This document shows, one piece after another, positions 8,901 through 17,584 of a stretch of DNA of 64,000 nucleotides. How positions within the stretch are numbered: position 1 is the stretch's first letter; each line of letters begins with the position of its first letter. Source of the stretch: an uncultured virus (IMG/VR IMGVR_UViG_3300045005_000111) (taxonomy: Duplodnaviria > Heunggongvirae > Uroviricota > Caudoviricetes); the IMG/VR virus record IMGVR_UViG_3300045005_000111, one strand, 5' to 3'. The notes below the pieces were generated by a model, which had not been told where the DNA came from, made no database searches, and worked only from the letters and a program-made list of their open reading frames with translations. Both the position numbers and the translations under genes were made by a program.

Positions 8901-10592
8901 TCACACTGCCTCGCTGGTGGCGTCGGTGTAGTCGGGCACCAGCTCCGCCAGCGCTCGCTTCATCTTGGCCGTGCGGTCGGCGTCCTTGAGGGCGTTCTTC
9001 GACGCTTTCCCGGCCGCTTTCAGCACATTCGGATACACAATCAGACAGTGATTGACGAAATCCCCGAGGTGGTCGCGCGTCTTGTCGTGGAACGCTTCGT
9101 AGAACTCCGGCCCGTGGACGTGCGAGGAACTGTCGGGCTCGTGATGGCACAACTCGTGGATCAGAAGCCGACCGAGCTCGACGAATCCACGGACGTCGAA
9201 CTTCAGCGCCGACAAGAACGAGCGGTCGATGGCGATGTACGTCCGGCCGTCGGTCCATCCGTTGGCCCCGGTGCTCGACCCCACCATCAGGCGCCGACGG
9301 ATCTCACGCCAGTCGCGGTAACCGTCGGCCAGCTTGGAGACGGACCGCTCGGCGATGTCGATCCACACTTTCTCGTTCGCCTTCCACTCCTTCTGGTCGA
9401 CGATCTGGAACTCGTCGGTCATGCCGACAGACAGTTCCTTGAAGTCGACCACCGTCGGCTTCTCCCTGCGGCCGTACCGGTCGAGCATGTCCCACGCGTA
9501 TTCGACCACCTTCGCCAGGCTCTTGCCGAAACGCTCGAGCGTTTCGGTCGATAGGACGAATGCCACCTTCTGCTGATGCAGTCGATCGCCGACCTGCGAG
9601 CCCTGGTTGCAGCTCGTGATCTTCGCGTTGTAGCTGTGGATCGTATCGGCGATTTCGTAGGCGCTGAAGTGGCGTCCGGTGACGGACGTGAACAGCTTCA
9701 GGTTCTTGGCGTCCGGGGGCGCGTTACCCTGGACGACGAGGTCGGTCATCCGCTGGCGCTGACCGTCGTTGAGCTGCTTCTTCTTGGTCGCCTTCTCCTG
9801 GGCCTTCTTCTCGACGAACGGCTTGATCTTCCGCCAGACCTCGCAGTCCGACTGTACGTCGTTGCGAGCAAAATTCACCTTCAGCCGCTCCTTCGTGACG
9901 ATCAGACCGCCGGTACCGAACCGGTAGTTGCCGATGTCCATCGTGTGGACACCGAGGTTGTACACGGACAGCGAGCCCGAGTCGTTGAGGCGGATGTACG
10001 CCTCCGGTGTGACGTGGTCCCACTTCTCCTCGGCCGGGTCGATGTTGACCTTCTCCTTGTTGATGTACACCTCGACCTTCGGAGTGTACCGCGTCCACTT
10101 CTTGATCGTCCGTTCGGTCTCGGCCAAGTCGCCGAGGAACATCGGCTGGTACAGCTCGATCTCGATCCGGCACCCGTCGACCTTGAGTCCTTTCTCCTCG
10201 AGCTGGTAGTCGAGACCGTCTTTCTTGATGTCCACGTTCATCTCGAACGGCCCGGTCCGCCACCGGTTTTTGCCGTAGGCGAACATCTGGCCTCGCCCCA
10301 TGCGGAACGTGCCGTAGGTCTTGCCCTCCGAGTCCTCGTGCGGGGCGCCGAAAGTCTCGAAAAACGTCTCGATTTCCTTGCGCTTGGTAATCCCGCCGCC
10401 GTCGTCGGCGATCACTACACCGATCTCGGTGATATCGACCCGGCACACCTTCGCGCCGGCATCGACCGAGTTCATGACGCCCTCGAGGATGGCCTTCGAG
10501 AGCGACCCGGCCTGCCGCTGGATCACGTCCAGCAGCAGTTTCGGGTGCATGCCGAACCGGCGAGTCTCTTGATTTTTGCTTGTCGCGGGCAT
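8901..10592 (-). CDS. GHKL (HATPase_c/Hsp90/MORC-like) ATPase with C-terminal HExxH metallopeptidase-like motif
   Basis: ILEGVMNSVDAGA, IADDGGG, YGTFRMGRG Bergerat motifs; C-terminal LIHELCHH...HVHGPEFY. Confidence 0.8.
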   Translation of the reverse strand: MPATSKNQETRRFGMHPKLLLDVIQRQAGSLSKAILEGVMNSVDAGAKVCRVDITEIGVVIADDGGGITKRKEIETFFETFGAPHEDSEGKTYGTFRMGRGQMFAYGKNRWRTGPFEMNVDIKKDGLDYQLEEKGLKVDGCRIEIELYQPMFLGDLAETERTIKKWTRYTPKVEVYINKEKVNIDPAEEKWDHVTPEAYIRLNDSGSLSVYNLGVHTMDIGNYRFGTGGLIVTKERLKVNFARNDVQSDCEVWRKIKPFVEKKAQEKATKKKQLNDGQRQRMTDLVVQGNAPPDAKNLKLFTSVTGRHFSAYEIADTIHSYNAKITSCNQGSQVGDRLHQQKVAFVLSTETLERFGKSLAKVVEYAWDMLDRYGRREKPTVVDFKELSVGMTDEFQIVDQKEWKANEKVWIDIAERSVSKLADGYRDWREIRRRLMVGSSTGANGWTDGRTYIAIDRSFLSALKFDVRGFVELGRLLIHELCHHEPDSSSHVHGPEFYEAFHDKTRDHLGDFVNHCLIVYPNVLKAAGKASKNALKDADRTAKMKRALAELVPDYTDATSEAV

Positions 10593-10602
10593 GTGTTGTC
10601 CT

Positions 10603-10649
10603 GGTTAAAGGGGAAGGGAGGGCCGGCCGGGGTTTTGGCCCCGGCCGGC
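10603..10649 (-). terminator. GC hairpin followed by TCCCCTTTAACC
   Basis: GCCGGCCGGGG-CCAAAA-CCCCGGCCGGC on minus strand plus recurrent tail motif. Confidence 0.55.
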
Positions 10650-10674
10650 TGATAACGCCCGGGTCTGTTCTCGG

Positions 10675-11421
10675 TCACAACACCGTCAAGGACAGCCGAC
10701 CGCCTTCGCGCAGGCTCTGACTCTGGCGCTCGGGCTTCTGCACGTTTCTGGGACACAGCCCGCAGTCGGTGCAGGTAATGTGGCTGTCCTTGCCGTTCTC
10801 GTGCGGACAAACCGGCCGGCCTTTCACCGACCGGAGCACCGTCGAACGACTCGGGTAGTCGCGGAAAATGAGGTCGACGTAACGGTTGTCGATGGAGTCC
10901 GCGTCCTCATCGTCGACCGCCAGGTACGCGATCCTCACGTTCTGCGGGATGACCGCCGGATACCCAGTGGACTTGTCGACCGAGAACCACACCGCCACGT
11001 TGGGCAGGAGGGCCATCTCGGCGAACAGCTCGGTGTACCCGGGTTCTCGCCAGGAACGGGAGTAGAAGTAGAACCGAGTGTCGGGGCACTCGCGCATGGC
11101 ACGCAGCCAAGCCCGGGCGTATTTCTTGGAGAAGAAGTCCCCGGAGACGTGAATACGCAGGACCTTGATCTTGCGGGCCTTGATTTGACCGATCAACCAC
11201 TCCGCGAACTCCGGCTTTCGGGCGAGTTCGAGGTTGCCCTCGTACTTCTTCTGGAACCCCTTCATCCGGGACCGCATCGCGTAGCAACGGATCGGGCCAC
11301 CCGGATAGAGCTCGGCCGTGCAGACCTCGCTCCGTCCGGGGCATGTAGTGATTGCCGGCAACGACCAGGTTTTGACGCCATTACCCAGTTTCGAGTTGCC
11401 GCTTCTAATTCCGAGAACCAT
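10675..11421 (-). CDS. Phage gp88-like protein (radical-SAM-like Cys cluster)
   Basis: GNSKLG..WSLPAITTCPG..C..CYA, RIHVSGDFFS, FYFYSRSW motifs. Confidence 0.75.
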   Translation of the reverse strand: MVLGIRSGNSKLGNGVKTWSLPAITTCPGRSEVCTAELYPGGPIRCYAMRSRMKGFQKKYEGNLELARKPEFAEWLIGQIKARKIKVLRIHVSGDFFSKKYARAWLRAMRECPDTRFYFYSRSWREPGYTELFAEMALLPNVAVWFSVDKSTGYPAVIPQNVRIAYLAVDDEDADSIDNRYVDLIFRDYPSRSTVLRSVKGRPVCPHENGKDSHITCTDCGLCPRNVQKPERQSQSLREGGRLSLTVL

Positions 11422-11490
11422 GACCGCCTCTTGGTGTAGTACCGTCGCCCCACGGGCCGTACACACCTCCGCCATGGCGGTGTAGATTGA

Positions 11491-11973
11491 TCACTGAGCC
11501 GCCGGCGAGTCACCGAGCGATGTGCTCGACTCGGGTAATTCCTTCGGCGGCGTGTAGATGATCGTCACGCGCGTGACGATCTTCACGTCGTGGCTGCTGC
11601 GTACTCGATCGCACATCATTCGTACCGCCGCCCGCCGCGCGTCGTCGATGGTGATGGAGTCGACCACTTTACGGTTGCGACTGCCCGAATTCTTCTTGGC
11701 CCATGCCACCAGCTTGTCGTCGGCGACCATCGCCGGCTTCAGCTTGCTGACCAGAGCGTCGAGGTCGCACGTTCCGCCCAGCTCGATGATCGCGGCCATG
11801 ACGCCGGCGGACGTCATTCCGGTGTCCGTCGACCCTGGTCGATTCTGGAGCTTCGGCTTGCTCGCTCGGCCGAGGCGCATCTTGGCAGGCGGCTTCAGCT
11901 TGTAGAACATCTGCCCGCCCTCTTCCTTCGTCTCGGCGATAGACGCGGGAAGATGGGCCAGCACGTCCTGCAC
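11491..11973 (-). CDS. Hypothetical protein (start uncertain)
   Basis: 160-aa ORF with coding-like composition but no clear RBS. Confidence 0.45.
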   Translation of the reverse strand: MQDVLAHLPASIAETKEEGGQMFYKLKPPAKMRLGRASKPKLQNRPGSTDTGMTSAGVMAAIIELGGTCDLDALVSKLKPAMVADDKLVAWAKKNSGSRNRKVVDSITIDDARRAAVRMMCDRVRSSHDVKIVTRVTIIYTPPKELPESSTSLGDSPAAQ

Positions 11974-12130
11974 CGGGGTCGTATGCCCGCTCGCCGCCCT
12001 TCAGGTGCTTCTTAACCCCGGTGCGGCAGTTCATCACCCGTGTCTCGCCGGTCGTCCGCTTGACGAATTCGACCGTCAAGAAAGTGCCGTTACTGTGTTC
12101 GATGATGGTTGCCGCTTCTTCCGTTGTCAT
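11974..12130 (-). pseudogene. N-terminal part of a small phage SH3/Sm-like beta-barrel protein, frame becomes non-coding-like after AYDP
   Basis: FLTVEFVKRTTGETRVMNCRTGVKKHLKGGERAYDP with AGGAG RBS; downstream in-frame sequence looks like a shadow frame. Confidence 0.45.
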
Positions 12131-12139
12131 TCGTTCGCT

Positions 12140-12175
12140 CCTAGTAGGTGTTGTGTTGTCGTTACACCTACTAGG
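12140..12175. repeat. Perfect 12-bp inverted repeat overlapping an RBS
   Basis: CCTAGTAGGTGT-N12-ACACCTACTAGG. Confidence 0.8.
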
Positions 12176-12187
12176 CATTGGGCAGGG

Positions 12188-12406
12188 TCATTCGTCGTAG
12201 TCGATGCTCTTGACGAACGGGATGCCCAACTCGGTCGCCAGTTCTTGCCCCAGCGCGAGCAGCGCATCCCATTCGCTCCGGTCGTCGTCTTCCATGTCGC
12301 ACGATGCCAGAACGAATTCCTTGCCGCTCGCGGTGATGAGGAACGCACCGGCGAGCAGTTGGTACGAATCCTCATCGTCCAGTTCTTTCACTTCAACCCG
12401 TGCCAT
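12188..12406 (-). CDS. Small acidic hypothetical protein
   Basis: AGGAG RBS, 72 aa. Confidence 0.65.
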   Translation of the reverse strand: MARVEVKELDDEDSYQLLAGAFLITASGKEFVLASCDMEDDDRSEWDALLALGQELATELGIPFVKSIDYDE

Positions 12407-12683
12407 TCGTTGCTCCTAGACGGGCGGCCTGTAGCACATCCGCCAGCGGCCGTCCTTCGACGGCCCCGACGTTCTTGTACCGGTAGTAGCGGACCGCAAG
12501 ATCGTTGGGCAGGTCCGAGCCCAGGGTGGCGGCCATCCCGGCGGCCGTCCACCACTTCCCGTCGAGGAACTTGGCGTACAGGTGCTCTCGACGCACCGGG
12601 TTCCTCTGCTTGTCGGGCTTCTTCTCGGATTCTTCGTCTTCCTGTGCAGGCTTGGTGCCGAGAAGGGTAACTTCCTGGCTCAT
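12393..12683 (-). CDS. Hypothetical protein
   Basis: GGAGGAG RBS, 96 aa. Confidence 0.6.
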   Translation of the reverse strand: MSQEVTLLGTKPAQEDEESEKKPDKQRNPVRREHLYAKFLDGKWWTAAGMAATLGSDLPNDLAVRYYRYKNVGAVEGRPLADVLQAARLGATNGTG

Positions 12684-12687
12684 GCAC

Positions 12688-13738
12688 TCACTCCTCCACA
12701 GAGCGGAGCGCCTTCGAGAGGCGGTTCCGCAGGTTGGTCGTGGTCTTGATGAACGTCTCGCGCTTCTCGCCCTTGAACATGTCCTTGAGGTCCGCCTTGT
12801 CCAGCGTCTCAGTGGTCTTGTAGCAGCGAGTCAGCTCGCCGAGGATCACGGTCTCGGCCGTCGGCTTCGGACGGACACCGTTACCCTCGGCCTTCTGTTT
12901 CTTCTTGGCCTCGGCGTTGGCCTTCAACTCGCCCTCGATCTTGTGGAGCTCGGCCCGCTGGGTGGTCTCGTCGAACGGCTTCACCTCACGGAGCCGACGG
13001 AACACCTGCTCGAGCTGCTCCTTCGTCGGCTTGTCGGACCGGGTCATCAGCCGTGCCACGTCCAGCACGATCAACTGGGACACCGACCGGCCGTAGAACG
13101 CCTGGTTAAGGCTTTCCGTGACACCGTCGGGCAGCTTCTCGCCGCCCGGCACGAACGTGTCCGGCTGGCTCATGAGCGTACGGAACTCGCTGGCGGAGAC
13201 TTTCCGCTTCAGCTTCTTGTGGTCCAACGACAGGTTGGCGGCCATCGTGATGAGATCCGCCGGCTCGCCGTTGTCGTGCAGCCGGCGGATCTCCTCGACC
13301 GCCCGCTCCAGTCGCTCCTCGGTCGACAGGCCCGAGCCCTCGAACGCGTTGTCGATCACGGCCAACTGGAACCGGGTGGACCGGCCGACTCCGAGGACGA
13401 CGTAGCCCGTCCACGGTCTTGACACCAGCTTCCTTGCACCCCCCAGATCGGTGGAATCCGCCGAGGCACTCCAACTTCTTGTTGGTCTCGCTCAGCAGTA
13501 GGCCGGGCAGCTCGAGGCCAGTCGCCGCGATCTTGAAGGCGATGTCCGAGGCGCGGGTTTCGTCGACTTTCGCCGCCAGACGCGACGGGTTGCGGTCGAA
13601 GTAGATGTCGGCCAGCTTGATGCCGGGCCGCCAGTCCCAGTCGACCTCGAGGTGGTTCAGCTTGGCCTCGAGGTTGAGATTCCGGGTCCAGACGACCTGG
13701 CCGGGCTTCAGGGAGGTGGCGGTGGTGTTGGTGCTCAT
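12688..13738 (-). CDS. ParB/Srx-like N-terminal domain protein, split by a 1-nt frameshift near 13405
   Basis: MSTNTT...LECLGGFHRSGGCKEAGVKTVDG continues naturally as YVVLGVG... in the adjacent frame (GAC GGG C TAC; one extra G). Confidence 0.6.
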
Positions 13739-14044
13739 GCGAGCATTCTCCAGGTTGGAAGTAGCACAGCCGGACACGAGTCCGACATGGTCTCGGACCC
13801 GGACCCGCAACGGCAGCGTCTCCACGATCCTCGGTGTAGGAGGGACGTCCTGCTTCCACTCCCCTTGTGTCTGCACGTTGACCGGCGTACCTTCGAGCTC
13901 CCTGATGTACGCGTACACGCGGTTCCAAGTCGCCGACCACTTGTCGAACAGTATCTGGTTTTTGACCCGAAGGTCTTCGGCCAGTCGCGCTCGCTCGTCG
14001 TCGATCTTCTTTCTCGCTTCAATGACCTTGTTCAACATGGACAT
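13735..14044 (-). CDS. Hypothetical protein (3' end uncertain)
   Basis: GAGG RBS, MSMLNKVIEARKKIDDERARL...; no in-frame stop before ParB-like start, but an out-of-frame TGA overlaps that ATG. Confidence 0.5.
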
Positions 14045-14052
14045 TTCGTGCC

Positions 14053-14592
14053 TCACAGATCAAGCCCCCGTTGCTGTACTTCGTACTCCGTCAAGTCGAC
14101 GTAGTTCTTGAGATACTTCGCTGTTTCCCTGATGACCGCCGGGCTGTGCCACAGAGCGTCGTCGTGTAGACTGCGCCAGCACGCGTCGTCTTCCAGGTAT
14201 GTACGCTTAACCTTGTCGTCGGCCCAGGTTCGCCAGTGGATGATCCACCCCATCTTGAAGTACTCGGTGCCGTCGCTATGCACCACGAACATCTCGATGG
14301 GGAACACCCGGTCGTCTCCGAGCGGCTCGGCCGTTAGGGACTCGATGCGGCGGACCGACAAACTACGATGGATCGTGTGGCCGGCGTCGTTCTTGCGGGG
14401 CTCCAGCTTGAGACCGTCCAGATCCTTCAGTTGGAGGGCAACGGTTTCGTAGGTGTTGCGGAACGCTTGCCACCGCTTGATCTTCTTGAGCTGCGACTCC
14501 TCGCGACTCCTCTGGTGCTCGCGCTTCTGCTCGAGCGCCAGTTTCAGGATTTCGTCCCTGAGCGTGGTGATCGTAACAGATGGGTTGCTCAC
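14053..14592 (-). CDS. Hypothetical protein, C-terminus ...QQRGLDL
   Basis: GTG start overlapping upstream TGA; coding-like composition. Confidence 0.7.
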   Translation of the reverse strand: MSNPSVTITTLRDEILKLALEQKREHQRSREESQLKKIKRWQAFRNTYETVALQLKDLDGLKLEPRKNDAGHTIHRSLSVRRIESLTAEPLGDDRVFPIEMFVVHSDGTEYFKMGWIIHWRTWADDKVKRTYLEDDACWRSLHDDALWHSPAVIRETAKYLKNYVDLTEYEVQQRGLDL

Positions 14593-14858
14593 AGGTCGAT
14601 TCCGGGGCGGTTGCCTTCGGGCACGACAGCCGTGTCCTCGGCCCCCTTCGAGGACACCGCCCTCACCGCGATCACAACGCGCCGGTTGGCCCGCTTGGAG
14701 CGGACGAGAGTGGTTTTGCCGCCGTCCTCCTTCGGGTGGGCCTTGATCGCCCGTACCCCGTCCAGGCGGACGGGAATCGCGGTGCCGTCCTCGAGGAGGA
14801 CGTACACCTCGTCGTTGACGTACTTGGCGAGCTTCTTCGACAGGGTCTTCGCTTTCAT
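14589..14858 (-). CDS. Small basic protein, C-terminus ...NRPGIDL
   Basis: ATGA coupling, GGAG RBS. Confidence 0.65.
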   Translation of the reverse strand: MKAKTLSKKLAKYVNDEVYVLLEDGTAIPVRLDGVRAIKAHPKEDGGKTTLVRSKRANRRVVIAVRAVSSKGAEDTAVVPEGNRPGIDL

Positions 14859-15127
14859 GCCACCGGCTCCGGAAGGTTGTGGTCGATGAGCCACTGGACC
14901 TCGGCGGCCAGGGCATCAACTCGCAGTTTGAACGGTCCGAGCTTCGGCCCACGGCACGGCGCCATGTCCGCGTACCAGACCGTCTCTCCGTCGACCGTCT
15001 CCGGCTCGACGTGTGAGGCCCGCTTGATCGTCGACGAGCCCAGCTCCAAAAGCGGCGCCAGCTCGTCGTAGTAAAGGAAGTGGATCATCCCGTCGGGGGT
15101 GATGTCGATGGTGAAGGTCTGGCTCAT
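14855..15127 (-). CDS. Conserved small protein ('RASHVEP...W.AD..P..GP.LGPF' family) of AAA/DUF1257/DUF2997 clusters
   Basis: Motifs IKRASHVEP and WYADMAPCRGPKLGPF; AGGAG RBS. Confidence 0.75.
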   Translation of the reverse strand: MSQTFTIDITPDGMIHFLYYDELAPLLELGSSTIKRASHVEPETVDGETVWYADMAPCRGPKLGPFKLRVDALAAEVQWLIDHNLPEPVA

Positions 15128-15200
15128 CGCAGACTCCTGAAAACGGAAGGGCCGCCCAACTCGGGCGGCCCTCCCTGGCCCCACCTCTCCGCCGCCTCGA

Positions 15201-15398
15201 TCAGCTTTGGCCGATCTTCACCGTCTGCTGTGTCGGCGCGTTGTATTCGGACTTGCGCTCCGTGTCCACCACCTTGCCGAGCGCCTGCTCGATGTCCTTC
15301 GTCAGCAGCGAGCAGCCGCTGCCCTTCATGCCGTCGACCTCGATGGTCACGTTGCCCTTCTCGTCGATCTCGATCGTAATGATCGGATTCTGAGTCAT
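15201..15398 (-). CDS. DUF2997-family protein
   Basis: ITIEIDEKGNVTIEVDGMKGSGCSLLTKDIEQALG...SEY; AAAGGAG RBS. Confidence 0.8.
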   Translation of the reverse strand: MTQNPIITIEIDEKGNVTIEVDGMKGSGCSLLTKDIEQALGKVVDTERKSEYNAPTQQTVKIGQS

Positions 15399-15827
15399 GT
15401 CGGCTCCTTTCCGCCAGAGGCGGATTTTGATGGTTTCCCTTTCGGCGATCACCTTGCGATCGAGGCCGGCGGCCTCGGCGAATTGTCGAACCGTCTCCAT
15501 GACGATGGCAGCTTTGAAGTGCCTGCCTTCGTAGCCGATGCGGGACGTGAGACCCCAGCCCTCACGGAAGTCGTCCCACACGAGAGTGTACGGCCCCTGA
15601 CCGAAAACGCCCACCACGGCCGGCGGGCGGTTGAACCCCAGATTGACATCGGCCGGTAGCCGGAAGACGCCGATCTGGGGGCCGGCCGGCGTCGGATCCG
15701 CCTCGCCGTCCCTCAGGAACGGCGCGTAGTCCCAGCGGCGTTCGCCGGTGGTGTCTAGCACCATACCACAGGAGAGTGCCGCTTCCGTGGCGATGCTCAG
15801 GGTTTCTGCGGTTGTCGTGTGAATCAT
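15399..15827 (-). CDS. Divergent DUF1257-like protein (in frame with DUF2997 as assembled)
   Basis: VVGVF..GPYTLVWDDF...GL..RIG pattern recalls DUF1257/Ycf35. Confidence 0.5.
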
Positions 15828-15843
15828 AGCCGTCCCGTTCTGG

Positions 15844-16224
15844 TCATTTCTGTGCCTGGATGCGGATGCGTCCTTCGGCAGTGGTTTCCTGAGAAAGGAT
15901 CCGCAACCCCTTGGTCTTGACCTTCTGCACGACGGCTTCGGCAGCGTAGAGCTGCGACAGCTTGTCGAGGTGCTTCTGGTCGCCCCAGTTGCCGCCGTAG
16001 TTGTCGAACTCCACGGTCCCGTCGGTCTTGATGATGACGGGGTAGTTCCAGCTCTTGAACTTCACAACGGCAGCACCCTTCGTGGTGCCCTGGTAGAGCC
16101 GGCCCTCGATCTCCTGACCCTTCTCGGCGACCTTGATCTCCGCGACCTCGTCGAACTTTTCGCACGCCTTCTTGAGCGCTTCGATGTCGTAGATCTCGGT
16201 CTTGATCGTCGTCTTGTGGCTCAT
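15844..16224 (-). CDS. DUF1257 (Ycf35-like) protein
   Basis: MSHKTTIKTEIYDIEALKKAC...WNYPV...FDNYGGNWG...LSQLYAAE. Confidence 0.8.
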   Translation of the reverse strand: MSHKTTIKTEIYDIEALKKACEKFDEVAEIKVAEKGQEIEGRLYQGTTKGAAVVKFKSWNYPVIIKTDGTVEFDNYGGNWGDQKHLDKLSQLYAAEAVVQKVKTKGLRILSQETTAEGRIRIQAQK

Positions 16225-16274
16225 CGCCGCCTCGTTTGGAATGTCGACCTGAGGCCGACTCGTAATGGAATCGA

Positions 16275-16295
16275 CCGGAGCCACAGTGGCTCCGG
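16275..16295. repeat. Intergenic palindrome/hairpin
   Basis: CCGGAGCCAC-A-GTGGCTCCGG. Confidence 0.7.
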
Positions 16296-16309
16296 CCAGG
16301 AGGGTTTCG

Positions 16310-17479
16310 TCACAGGTCGAGGCCGCGCATGAACTGCCCGTAGGCTTCGATGTGCGTGTCCTCGGAGGTAAGGGTCTCCCGGGCGTCCCGCAGGAACTCC
16401 GCGACGGACCGGGCGGCCTCGCGGTTCGCCTGTCCGTTGACGGACTGCGGGTTCACCGCGTTGATCCGGTGGGCGATATGCGACAGCCGGCGCTGCAGGT
16501 CCGGCGTGGTCAGGAACGAGAAGCCCTGCAACTTCGTATACGCCGCCTGGATGTTGGCGATCGTAGCAGGCAGCACGCGGCTGCCACGGCTCAGGATCCC
16601 CTCCATGTTCGCCAGGGATGCGGCGAACTCGTTGAGGGGCTCCTGAATCATCGTACGCACCGCATCGGCGATGGCCCGGCTCGTCGCCTCCCGAGCCTCG
16701 GTTACCCATGCAGCCGACGCGTTCTCGCCCAACAGGGCCGGAGGCGTGTTGGCGACTTCGGTGACCGCCGTGATGAGGGCGGGCATCAGTCGCTGGACCG
16801 CCTCGAAGTCCGCCGTCGACACCGACGGGTTTCGCAGCAGCTCGTTCACCCGCTCTCGAAGGCGGTTGTCGAAGTCGGCCGGGATCCCGCTGCCCAGCGG
16901 CATCAGGATCATGTCGATGGTGTGCCTGGCGACGAACGTGTCGGCGTCCACCAGCCACTTCCGCATCGACAGGTAGAAGGACGTCTGCTCGCGCCGGAGC
17001 TTGTCGACGTGGTCCTCCCACTTCGGCCGGTACTCCTCCGCCTTCTCCCGGTACTCTTGGCGGACGGCGCGGACCGACCCGAACAGCTCGGACGCCGGGT
17101 TGCGGCCACCGGCACCTGTCACCGGGACCAGGTAGGCGCCACCCGGGAAGGGCGTGCCGAACAGGCTCGGCTGCCGCCGGGCCTTATTGGCGATGTAGCT
17201 CATCGCCCGGTTGATGTCCGGCGGAACCAGTCGCCCGGTGGCTCCGGACAGGAGCTCATCGGGGACGGTCTCCCCCTCGACCCTGACCTCGGCCTTCTTG
17301 AGCTTCCGCTCGTAACCCACACCGTGGGCCGAGATCTTCACGGCGACGCAGTTGCGGGCGATCCGCCGCAGGACGCGGGCGGAGTCGATCCGTTCGAGCT
17401 GACTGACGTCGAGTTCGGGCGTTTCAACCGTGACGGTCTGATCGTCGATTCCGGTCCCCACCTCGGCGGTAGTGGACAT
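16310..17479 (-). CDS. Helical protein, DUF3150-like, C-terminus ...FMRGLDL
   Basis: 389 aa; ARR....GTPFPGGAYLVP motif; position beside Ycf46-like AAA gene. Confidence 0.55.
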   Translation of the reverse strand: MSTTAEVGTGIDDQTVTVETPELDVSQLERIDSARVLRRIARNCVAVKISAHGVGYERKLKKAEVRVEGETVPDELLSGATGRLVPPDINRAMSYIANKARRQPSLFGTPFPGGAYLVPVTGAGGRNPASELFGSVRAVRQEYREKAEEYRPKWEDHVDKLRREQTSFYLSMRKWLVDADTFVARHTIDMILMPLGSGIPADFDNRLRERVNELLRNPSVSTADFEAVQRLMPALITAVTEVANTPPALLGENASAAWVTEAREATSRAIADAVRTMIQEPLNEFAASLANMEGILSRGSRVLPATIANIQAAYTKLQGFSFLTTPDLQRRLSHIAHRINAVNPQSVNGQANREAARSVAEFLRDARETLTSEDTHIEAYGQFMRGLDL

Positions 17480-17543
17480 GTCGTTTCTCCAGAATTATTT
17501 ACTCGCTGGCTCTTCAGCGTAACTGGTTGAACGGTCTTATGGA

Positions 17544-17569
17544 AGGGCCGGGGCGTACGCCCCGGCCCG
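17544..17569. terminator. GC hairpin downstream of AAA gene
   Basis: GGGCCGGGGC-GTAC-GCCCCGGCCC. Confidence 0.55.
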
Positions 17570-17584
17570 CTGACTGGCCGTTGG

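Noticed and set aside
13380..15827. Programmed gene fusions or recoding as a biological system
   Set aside because: Cannot be separated from indel errors, given two clear single-base frameshifts elsewhere; genes end normally in TAA, TAG and TGA, so there is no sign of stop-codon reassignment
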